Shown piece after piece: positions 53,773 through 64,000 of a DNA stretch of 64,000 bases. The position numbers and the translations under genes were made by a program. Origin of the DNA: Isurus oxyrinchus (taxonomy: Eukaryota). The notes beneath the pieces were generated by a model that was not told where the DNA came from, did not search any database, and saw only the letters and a list, made by a program, of their open reading frames with translations. Numbering within the stretch: the stretch's first letter is position 1; each line of letters starts with the position of its first letter. The stretch covers positions 45,756,001 to 45,820,000 of the forward strand of contig JANJGN010000012.1 in the NCBI GenBank assembly GCA_026770705.1, read 5' to 3'.

Positions 53773-54389
53773 ATAAAAACAAAAAAACTGCGGATGCTGG
53801 AAATCCAACCTGGAAAAACTCAGCAGGTCTGGCAGCATCGGCGGAGAAGAAAAGAGTTGACGTTTCGAGTCCTCATGACTCTTCGACAGAACTGTCGCTA
53901 TGTCGTAGGGTAGAGATTGCACCGCAGTAGTAAACTGTTAATGAGCCTGGATTGTTTAATGTTGAAACAGGTTTTCGTCCAGGAATTAGAGGCATAGTCA
54001 TTTCCATAATACTCGATGCTGATTCCTTGGCATTGGAGTTTGGTCCACTTCCGGTATTCCACCTCCCTCCAAGCCGCGTATCTGTTGATGGGTTTGGGCC
54101 TGGACGTTTGGGTAGTATCTGTCCATCCCATAGCGATACCAATTTCATCCGCGCCATTTCCTTCCTCAGTCCCTCTTAGACCTCCACTATCCTTGAGGCC
54201 TTCTTCGATCTCTCTGAGTACTTTGAGGTTCCTCAGGGAGTCGATTATTTGTTTGTTGTCAATTCCGCTGAATTGAAAAGAGGTCTCTGTCACCGTGTCC
54301 AGTTTTGTCGAAGCGTCATGAGGACTTGAAACGTCAACTCTTTTCTTTTCCGCCGATGCTGCCAGACCTGCTGAGTTTTTCCAGGTAAT
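53773..54389. mobile_element. PLE inverted-terminus cassette carrying 407-bp non-PLE cargo (53894-54300)
   Basis: Arms 53773-53893 (-) and 54301-54389 (+); TSD (a)ataattattagg (53760-53772/54387-54399). Confidence 0.9.
53898..54299 (-). other. Cargo open frame of unknown origin (about 133 codons, no ATG start; overlapping second frame from ATG 54157)
   Basis: Frame is open from the cargo edge (DTVTETSFQ...) to a TAG 4 nt before the other edge; no family recognised. Confidence 0.45.
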
Positions 54390-54990
54390 AATTATTAGGG
54401 CTGCATATGAGCTTGTACTGCCTCTGACATTAGCAGTTTATTAATACTGTTTCTGTATATTAGTATTGTTTCTGTTAATAAGCACTCTGATTTTACAAAT
54501 TCATTTCCAAAATTGTCTATGGACATTAGTTGGTTTATATTTTTGAAATACGGTTGGTGCAGATAGATTTTTGATCAGTATATGGTGCAGTTTTTTCAAA
54601 CCCTAATGAAGGACAGTGTTGGAGAAAGGGATAAATTGTGGTGTTCTCTCATGGTTGAGCTGTTTTGTTGAACAACTAGGGGAAGGTGAGTCACTATTAG
54701 AAGAACTGGGAGGAATTAAGTTTAAAGAAAGGAATTTCATTTATCTAACACCTTTTCATGTCCTGAATTGTTTCATATTGAAGCGAGTAGTTTTGAAGAG
54801 CCATTATTGCTGTAGGCAGTTAATGCACAGCAAGATCCTGCGCACAAGACCAATTATTACTTTACTAGAATGAATTTAAGGCTTATTGACCAGGACACTG
54901 GGACAACAATGTTATGGGACATATTGCATCCACTTGAACAAACATTCTTTTCAGAAACAAAGCATTGTTCATACAGCAGTGTATTTACAT

Positions 54991-55090
54991 AGTTCTGTCG
55001 AAGGGTCGTGAGGACTCGAAACGTCAACTCTTTTCTTCTCCGCCGATGCTGCCAGACCTGCTGAGCTTTTCCAGGTAATTCTGTTTTTGT
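54991..55090 (+). mobile_element. Solo 100-bp PLE terminus starting exactly at the hammerhead-like stem I
   Basis: AGTTCTGTCGA...GAAACGTCAACT...TTTTTGT with perfect TSD agtgtatttacat (54978-54990/55091-55103). Confidence 0.92.
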
Positions 55091-55369
55091 AGTGTATTTA
55101 CATGGTACTCCAATGAAGTGTTGATCAAAACATAGTTCCTGGTTCCATATTTCTTTACTCAAGTCCCCTTTCTCATCGCTATTTTCTGGTATATTGATGA
55201 TGGTCTCAGTGCTATTTCCTATTCTTGCATTGAACTGGAAAATCTCATCAACTTTGCTTCCACTTTCTACCCTTCTACCTGCGCATGGTCCATTTCCAAC
55301 TCTTCCCTTCCTCAACTTCTCTGTCACAATTTCTGGGGATAGGTTAACAAACTGGGGAGATTATCACCG

Positions 55370-55675
55370 GAGAGGCGGTAGTATAGTGGTATTGTCACTG
55401 GTCTAGTTTTCCAGAGACCCAGGGTAATACTCCAGGGACCCAGGCTTGAATTCCACCACGGCAGATGGTGAAATTTAAATTCAATAAAAACCTGGATTTA
55501 AAGTCTGATGATGAATGTCATAAAAACCCAACTGGTTCACTAATGCCCTTTAGGGAAGGAAATCTGCCATCTTTTTGTGTGATTCCAGATCCACAGCTAT
55601 GCGGCTGGCTCTTAAAGGCAATTAGAGATGGACCCAGCCATTGTCACTCACATCCCATGAACTAATAAAAAAAAT
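55370..55675 (+). mobile_element. tRNA-SINE (SacSINE1-like) inserted in an older PLE RT remnant (about 55150-55830)
   Basis: Similar to 43932-44300; the flank encodes LPFLNFSVTISGDRL, matching LPFLDLPVSISGDRL of the PLE RT. Confidence 0.7.
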
Positions 55676-56211
55676 CCAATATCCACTGTAAGTCCACTAA
55701 GCCTCCAAGCTAGCTTAAGTGCAGTTCTCCCATCCTACTTTCTGTAGGGTCTCTATTCCATTCTTCCAGTTTCTCAATCTCTGTTGTAACTATTCTCTTA
55801 TGATATGTTTTCTCTTCTCCTGCTTAAGCAAACATTCTGCCACCTCCATCAACTTGTATTTATATAACTCTTTTAATGTAAATAAAAAACATCCCCAGGA
55901 GGTTTACAATTGTCAAACAAAATATGTTGCTAAGCCAGACAAGAAGATATAAGGTTAGCGGTCAAATAGATAGGCTATTGTATTGCTGGAAAAAGAGACA
56001 TGTCAAAGCTTTTGGTCTTGCACTCATCAGGACACTTCGCAAGAATACCAATGTAAGAGGAAAACAACTATTTATACTGTATGAGAAGAGAGTGCTGATT
56101 GGTGTGGTTGACAAGCAGGCTCTGATTGGTAGAGGTGTTACCATGCAAAATGTAACTACATATATTAATAAACAGGACCCTGTTCTTTGCAGATGGAAAG
56201 AACATGTACAC

Positions 56212-59200
56212 TGTCAGGGGGGAATATAGGGGTATAGTAAGAACTTATTGAAAGGGAATGAATTACTTAAAATCTCCAAGCAGCCAGTGCGACCAAGCAC
56301 ACTGGTAGTTAAAGGTTACCAGATGAACCTTGCACAGCCTTAGGGCCTGCAAACAACAGAAAGGCGTTGGGAATCGGACTGGAGTCAGAGGATGGCAATA
56401 ACATAGATTAAGTGTACTCTTCAACAGATAGGGGAAGAACAGATGGTCCTAGTTTAGGTAGTAGGGAAGGTTTCTGCCTGGATGAAATCAAATAGGGACA
56501 TATGATGCATGTACTTGTTACCAGAGATGTCTGTTTAATGTAAACAAAATACGTTGACGAGACTGGAATCTGGAAACTGTTCTTGTATGTATAATGTATA
56601 AATATACTGAACACTTGTAATTTAGCAGAATGCTATCTCAAGCTGAATGAGATGGTTGTCCCCTTGCAATTGCTCAAATAAATGATCGTGACCTGTGACT
56701 GAGACTCCTGTGGTTCGTTTGTCAAAGTGACCACGACAGTTTGGCATAGTTGGCAGGATACTCGGATTGGATCCTTGGGATGGCTCTGCAGAGTGGGTGA
56801 GTATATTTTATGTACCATCCGTAGTTAGTGCAGTAAGCCTACCCGTGAACGGTCTGGCTGAGTATCAAATGAATTGGGGGGAGGACTCGGGACAGGAGAT
56901 AAGAGGTGCCGAGAGGAGGTAGAGCCGCGCTGGCGGGCTCCGGTTTGAGATACAACCTTAGCCGAAGCCACGCAGGCCAGACCCCAGTAAAACAAATTGA
57001 CCGCAAATAAGTAAGTTGTCAGAGCCGCATGAATTAATTGTGCAGAGACAAACAAATAGAATGCTGTGAGCAAAATAGGAAAGTGCTTTGGAATTCGACT
57101 GGAGAGCCGTGGATCCATTACAAGGTTCATAGCGGAACAACAGTCAAGATTAATCACAAAAATGCAGCAAAGGGGGTGGAATCCACAGGGAACCCCCAGA
57201 GAACAAAAACAGTGGTGGGTAGAACAAAAAAAGGATAAGGAGAAGAAAGGGGTGATGGTTATTATTACCTTGTATAATTGATCTAAGTTACAAGAGCTGC
57301 TTGTGCTGAAGAGAGAGAGACAGAAAGAAAGAAAAGGGGAGGTACCCCTAGGGAGTTAATAAGCACTGACAGGCAGGAGCAGGGGAAATGTGAACAAGTT
57401 TGATGGTCCCTATAGGTGGAGACTTCAAGATCCCTTTATTTCCCCCACTGCTATTTGAAGTTTTGTTTAGAACATGAGAGTTTTAAGTTGTTAAGTTAAG
57501 GATACAGGAATATAAATACATACCTCTAAATATATGTTTGTTTGTGTGCAAGGAAGCATTCATTTGTGAGCTTTAATGTGTTTTCTTCCGTAAATTGTTG
57601 TTTGTGTGTGTAGTTCAGCACTTTAGGGTTGAAAGCCTCATGTTAGATTAAAGGAAAAGTATACTAAAACGTTCCAAAATTTTGAGTATAAGATTTAAGT
57701 TGAGATTTCTGGCAAAAAAATTGCAATTTGAAGGTATCATAAAGCTAAACAGGGTTAGATGAACCAACCTTTGTAGCATCCCCTTGCAGACTAGTATCAC
57801 CAGCTTCCAAGCTGATTGGGATTGATGCATATGAGTTGCATTAATTCATACGAGTTAGTATTCTAAACATTCTGAGGGAAAAAATTACCTGAAGTTCAAA
57901 GAATTCTAGGAAAACCAAAAGGCATAAACACACGGTCTAGGTGGTTCCAATGGATAAAAAGGGATTTCTTTTGAAGAGATGAATTAAATATGAAAGGAAA
58001 TCTGCATCCCAACAGCACTGTTATTTGAATTTGGGGCAAGGCTTGAGGTGTAAAGTGCAGTGTACTTTAGAAGGTTACTTTTGAATCACTAGGATGCTAT
58101 CTAAAATTAAGAATGTGTCGATAAACATATGGGACTTTTCACTTGGATACAAATCAGTACACATAAGAAAGAGGTAATTTTAATTTTGATAGCGTAAATT
58201 ACTTTTCTTATAAAGTTTAACATTTTGAAGTTTGGTTCGTGAATAAGTTCTCAAAAGGGAATTTTCATTTTAAAAGGTTTGACAACAATTGGCACTAATT
58301 CAAATGCTGCAAGCTTTTGTATTTGTAGGTCTGTTCCCAAAATATGAAGCTAAGCTCAAGACCTTGACAAAGTTTGGCAGAAATCCAATTTTTGGCCGAG
58401 TTAATGAATCTATTCATTAACATCTAAAAGAAAGGGGTCAGACACAATTTAGTGGGTTACTTTTGAGACAATAAAATGTTGTTTGAGAAGAAGATAAGGA
58501 AACAAAACATGTCAATGCCTGATTTCTGTTTTAAAACTGTTATGAGAATACTTTATTGGATTTTAAATTCTCTCCAGACACCTGAACAAGAAAAGATTGT
58601 AGTTTGTTGTATGTGTAAAATGGTATGAGGCAAGTAGGAGAAAGAGTTAGGGAAAGAGTACACAATATACAAATTGTTTTAAGGGAACTGAATTTGATAA
58701 TCTGGCATCAACTGAGACATTGGAAATGCATAGGGGGAGATAAGCAAGGATCTAGGGACAGAGATCCTCATTGACACGGAATAGTTAATATGGCCTAAAG
58801 AGCAAGAAAACATTATAAACGATCAAGACAATAGAGAAACTGACATCAAGAGAATCTTAGGATGATCATGGTCAGGGGAGAAAATCTTAGAGGTAAAACC
58901 AGGTGGAATCTGTAGTTCAGGAATTGAAATGTAAGGAGAAATAATACTTAACAACAATTTACCACAAGATGGATACAGGTAAAGGGAAAGCTGGAAAAAG
59001 GCTAAATAGATGTATTACTGATTGTATTAATGTGCCTGCGAGCTACAAAAAGTAAGACCACAGGATTAACACTATGATGACAGACAGAGTTAAGCAGCCC
59101 CCAGAGAGAACCGTCACTGGAAGTGAAGATACTGAGCCATTGAAAGATAGGATAGGAAGGTGCATTGTAGAGTTGTGTCGGCAGTTTAAGGAATTGAGAT

Positions 59201-62200
59201 CTAATGTGGGACAGCAGCAGGAGACAGTAGACTGGAAGGAGTGGAGGTGCCTATCCAGATGGATTCAGATCAGGGAACTCATTTCACAAGAAGAGTCATT
59301 AAAGAAATGTATAAGTTTAAATATAAACATAAATTCCACATTCCCTACCAGCCACTGAGCTCAGGAATGGTGGAAAGGATGAACTGAACTTTTAAAAAAA
59401 AATCAATCACAGCCCAATATTCTAATGCGCCTTAGGGCTACCCCAAGGTGGACCTCTGGGCTCACCCCATTTGAAATAATGACAAGGAGAGCAATGCAGG
59501 TACCTGAGGGAATCATAGTAGGAGTGGGAGATGTAGGACCACTAAAAGGAAGGATGCGAGACGATGTGAGGGAAATAAGTAAGCAATTGCATGAGTTAAG
59601 AAAGAAAGTCAGAGACCAACAGGTGATTAAGGATATGGAAACAGGCAAATCCAAAGAGCAACAATGGACCAAGTGGGGAATAAGGTGATGGTCAAGGTGA
59701 GCTCAGAGCGAACAGGCATGGACCATACGAGGTAATTATGACAGGTGATACATGCGCATTTGTAGATATGTAAACGGGAAGTAAATGGAGGCATTACATA
59801 CAGTTAAAGATACATGACAATTGACCAAGTGATAACCCGGAAAACGGGAGCTGATATTAATATCTCCACAGATCCATGATCCTGGTTGTGGGCGTATCAG
59901 TACTGGCAACAAGGTTGGGGATCATCACTGCTCATCCTGCACCGCAGGAGGGACTTTGGTACAGCACGGACAGTGCCTAATGCGATACACAATGGGGAAT
60001 GATAAATGTAACAGCAGGGGAACACAAGTGCTCTTGAATTGTAGTTAGGGTTTGCTTCACATCGGGCACGATCTGGTGAGAGGTTGGTGGGGGCTGCATG
60101 CGAAAGTTGGCACTTATGTTAAATTCCCAAATCTAACTACTGTGTGTTTTAAGCATAAGGAATGGGAAGAGCAGTTCGACTTTGACTGTGGATCAGAGAG
60201 CCATGTTTATGTAATGTGTTTAACAATGTACAAGACCGTTACTCATTCTCATTTTAGGGATTCTAAATGGAACATTTGTAGCCCAATTGATAACATTATA
60301 CCGACTTGGGGAAACAGTGACAAAGGTGGAAAAAAGAGGTCCGCCCAAAAGAGAGTACCACTGCCCCCACACCAACCGACTAACCTTGTTCGGCCATGCA
60401 TCTAGGGCTGACAAATGGTCTCACATTGATCAATAAAAATAAAGTTTTATATGATAATGTACACCATGAGCTGGTACCCATGGTCTTGAACATCTCCGGT
60501 GTCGCCCTGCCCCAGTGGTGCTCAACCCACACCCAAGCTCTCTATACGGCTCTGACGCGCCAGTTGATGACTGAAGTAGTTCAGCTTAATGGCGGGATGC
60601 GATCAGGTCTAGAAGGAAACCGAGACAAGCGCAGCCTGATGAATGACGCTGCCAAAATATTCAATACAGGGACATCAATAGTTAATTCCATCGACCTAGC
60701 AACTGTAGATCAGAAGATCTGTACCCTGAGCTTTAAGCTTAAGGAGATTTTAGAACGGGGACAGGGAATTCATAACACCCAATTAAATACAGACCTGAAC
60801 ATGACATGGTTAATCCAAAACCTGGCTACTGTGCTTGAAAGTCATGTGGGGCTATCAACAAACTGATTAATATAGGGGAAAATATTTCAGACGAAGCGAG
60901 CAGAAATGATGTTTGCAGCACCTATGGATCTTGGGCACTGGAACAAGCCTGAGAGAATTTAAGACAGATTAATGAAGGAGTAGTTCCTTTATGGGTGACT
61001 AATGAGCATTTATTTAATCTTTCACGCCACAAAGATCATGACTTGACCGGTTGCCAGCTCAGAGGTTTAACACACGTATATAGGATGAATGTTGAATATA
61101 TAGTGAATAGTAATATGCTAATAGGCATTGTATTAGTATACCTGTCATACCTATGTTGACACTCGGCAGGATAGTATATAGAGTAAAAATATTGGGGTTA
61201 TACGGGGGGATTACTATATTAAGTACTACGATATTCCGCCATATGCAGTGGACATAGAAGGGAATATAATTAGCACCACATTAGAAGGGTGTAGTATAGA
61301 GGCCTCCGCAGTAGTATGTGCACATCCAATATATGAGACAGAAGAAGCAAAGTGCGGATTTAAAGCAGCAGCAAATTGTACAATGGAAACTATATGGCCT
61401 GCAAAAGAACCGACCCATGTTGCATATACAGGGAATGGGAGGTATTATATCACCACGTGGCAGCAGAAGATCCAATACGGGAACAACCGGATATGCCCCA
61501 TCCAAAATCATTCAGTGTGCCTACACCTACAGGCGCCAGCAAGGGTAGGGAAAGTGGGACTGGTCGAAATATACAAGAGAGGAACGACTATTATTCAGGT
61601 CAAGGAAAGCCTTAAGGATAACCTGACACAATATTTGAACCAGATCTCCTATGAAATTCCCTTATTACCTGGGCACCTAATTACGATTTGGAGACAGGCA
61701 GCAGATATACAGAACTTACAAGACACTGCAGCAACAGGTTAGAGCCTTAAAGGAGGATATCGAGCAAATAGATTCTTCCACATGGTGGGAGGACCTGTGG
61801 AACTGGGGCTCAAACGTACAGATATACCCCTAGATTTGGATTATCTCCCATGCCCTAATTGTACTTCAACAGATATTGATTATCTATCTAACATACTTGA
61901 TTCATCGCCCTTGGAAGTCACAAAAAAGATGGTGCTGGGGGAGTTTTAACAGGTGGAGAAGGAATTTGGTAAGTCAGAGGTTTAAATTAAAGGACCAGAT
62001 GATACAGATGGTCTGACCAGTAATTTTTATATGCCAAAGCTGGATACCTGGCCAGTATCAATGGGCAGTGGTATGTAAAGAGGGTGGACAGCAGCACCAC
62101 TGTAGTTGGCTACCTTGGGCTAGGCCAAGGGCCAAAAGGGGAGACTGTTAGGGGGGAATATAGGGATACAGTAAGAAATTATTGAAAGGGAATGAATTAC

Positions 62201-62674
62201 TTAAAATCTCCAAGCAGCCAGTACTACCAAGCACATTGGCAGTTAAAGGTGACCAGATGAACCTTGCACAGCCTTAGGGCCTGCAAACTAGAAAGGCTTT
62301 GGGAACTGGACTGGAGTCAGAAGGTGGCAATACATAGATTAAGTGTGCTCTTCAACAGATAGGGGAAGAACAGATGGTCCTAATTTAGATAGGAGGGAAG
62401 GTCTCTGACTGGGTGAAAACAAATAGGGACATATGGTGCATGTACTTGTTACCAGAGATGTCTGTTTAATGTAAACCTATATGTTGACGAGATTGGAATC
62501 TGGAAACTGTTCTTGTACGTGACCAATAATGTATAAATATACTGAACCCTTGTAATTTAGCAGAGTGCTATCTCAAGCTGCATTGAGATGGTTGTCCCCT
62601 TGCAATTGCTCAAATAAACGATCATGGCCTGTACCTGAGACTCCTGAGGTCCATTTGTCAAAGTGACCACAACA
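56212..62674 (+). mobile_element. Defective provirus (lokiretrovirus-like): LTR-gag remnant-integrase remnants-env-LTR
   Basis: LTRs 56212-56738 and 62146-62674 (TG...CA); PBS TGGCATAGTTGGCAGGAT at 56742-56759 (tRNA-Ser-like, two CpG-type changes); PPT at 62134-62144; integrase SSGMVERMN / LRATP...GLTPFEIM; no RT recognised. Confidence 0.9.
59876..61990 (+). pseudogene. env: env remnant, class I fusion F-protein-like
   Basis: Splice acceptor ctccacag just before ATG 59876; signal peptide MILVVGVSVLA; furin site RDKR (60621-60632); heptad region; Cys-rich block; Trp-rich pre-TM WWEDLWNW and hydrophobic TM; stops and frameshifts. Confidence 0.8.
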
Positions 62675-63479
62675 CACATTGTACCTATCTTAGCTAAACA
62701 AAATAATTGGTAGCCATTCATTGACTTATTCCTCCGGGCAATGCCTTGACCAATCATGGTCAAGCTGCCTGGTATAAATTTCAAACAATGCTCAGCAGTT
62801 AACTGTCAGTCACCATCAATTGGTGCATTCTCACAGCAATGCCCCTACCAATCAGAGAGCACTTGCCTATCAATCAGCACTCTCTTCTCATACAGTGTAA
62901 ATTGTTGTTTTCCCCTTACTTTGGTATTCTTGTGAAGTGTCCTGATGAGTGCAAGATGAAAAGCCTTGATATGTCTCTTTTTTTTTCAGCAATACCCAAT
63001 TTCTTTACTACCAAACCACTACTTATTAGGCTTTAAGGAACCTCATGATCAACACTGCCTTCCTACCTCATTTGAGAGGCCCTTGTCTCTCTCCTGCTTT
63101 AATACTCCAAGCTCCTGCTGGAACACCTTCTGCTCCCTTCCCTCTTCACTTTGCTGTCATCCATTGACCTTATTGCTGTTCCTTTGGGACATTTTTTGTG
63201 ACTCTTGTGTTGCACATTCTGAGGCTAGATCTCAGGTCTGGGTGGATTCATTCTGATATTGTGTGGACCAGAATGCCTAAGTAATTGGACTCCGGTAGGA
63301 GTGACACTGTGGTGAAAGGTCTTGCTGGGTCTGTGCTGAAGTTTGGCTTTGAGCACTGACACCCAGACCAGGCCTCACACCATTGGCTCACTGTGAATTG
63401 CTACTGGTTGTCAAGTCAACCTTGTACCTGTCCAGTGGGCTAATGTTGCAGTGTACATTGCTAGCAGCCTCATGGAACC

Positions 63480-64000
63480 CGAGGACATTGAGGAAAGTAA
63501 AGGTGGAAATTGTGGAGATGCTGGCCATGATCTTCTAATCACCCTTAGATACAAGGGTGCTGCCAGAGGATTGGAGAACAACAGATGTTACATGCTTCTT
63601 CAAAAAAGGGTCCAAGGATAAGTCCAGCAACTACAGTCCAGTCAGTTCAACCTCTGAAAGCTTTCAGAAACTAATCCAGAACAAAATTAACAGTCACTAA
63701 TTAGTCAAATATGGATTAAGGAAAGTAGCATGGATTTGTTAAGGGCAAATTGTGCTACATACATACATACGAACAAGGGGCAGGAGTAGGCCATTCAGCC
63801 CCTCGAGCCTGTTCAACCATTTAATAAGATCATGGCAATCTGATAGCAACTTGAAATCTGAATCCTGCCTACCCCCAATAACCGATCACTCCCTTTGCTT
63901 ACCAAGAATCTATCCACCTCTGCCTTAAAAATATTCAAAGACTTTTCTTCCACCACCTTTTCAGCAAGAGACTTCCAAAGATTTATGACCCTCTGATTGA
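63480..64000. mobile_element. CR1 family B fragments (+ RT piece about 63480-63750, - tail to window end)
   Basis: LPEDWRT.DVT..FKKG.KDK.SNY.PVS motif; tail as at 15525. Confidence 0.75.

Larger units (their letters stand above)
55979..62995. mobile_element. Second-family inverted-arm hammerhead element (arms about 55979-56150 and 62820-62995), split by the provirus
   Basis: Arms are reverse complements; core gtgtc-CTGATGA-gtgcaagat-GAAA-agcctt-gatat at 62937-62972, and a GAAA-mutated copy at 56000-56035 (-). Confidence 0.7.

Noticed and set aside
53873-54157. TVYYCG in the cargo as an Ig V fragment
   Set aside because: No upstream Cys/Trp framework or D-x-A motif, and it is antisense to the Ig unit; probably coincidence.
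56207-62679. Exact provirus TSD
   Set aside because: Flanks tacac/cacat match at only 3 of 5 positions, so TSD length cannot be stated.

Overview
This is repeat-rich vertebrate DNA, most likely from a shark or other cartilaginous fish; I infer that from the repeat families and the cluster-type Ig light-chain layout. One intact host gene is present: RPL37 (4 coding exons, 20066-26750, +, 97 aa). About 22 kb downstream is a sigma-like immunoglobulin light-chain V-J unit (octamer, leader, V, 12-RSS, J). It looks pseudogenised: the leader is out of phase, and a Harbinger-like transposon separates V from its RSS. No C exon is recognisable in the window. The rest is nested mobile DNA: two CR1-group LINE families, an L2 tail, tRNA-SINEs, two Gypsy elements, solo LTRs, a scrambled Helitron remnant, and a Ser-primed provirus with an F-protein-like env (lokiretrovirus-like). 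The most striking pattern is a young Penelope-like (PLE) family. Its ~100-140 bp hammerhead-like terminus occurs solo, as inverted pairs around PLE sequence, and once (53773-54389) as an inverted pair enclosing a 407-bp unrecognised, CpG-rich, open-frame cargo joined exactly at the hammerhead stem-I edge on both sides. This is a candidate PLE-mediated RNA-capture module, and the cargo may be viral. No CRISPR, rRNA or functional tRNA gene was found. Repeat boundaries without a stated TSD are approximate, and family names come from motif recognition, not database searches.
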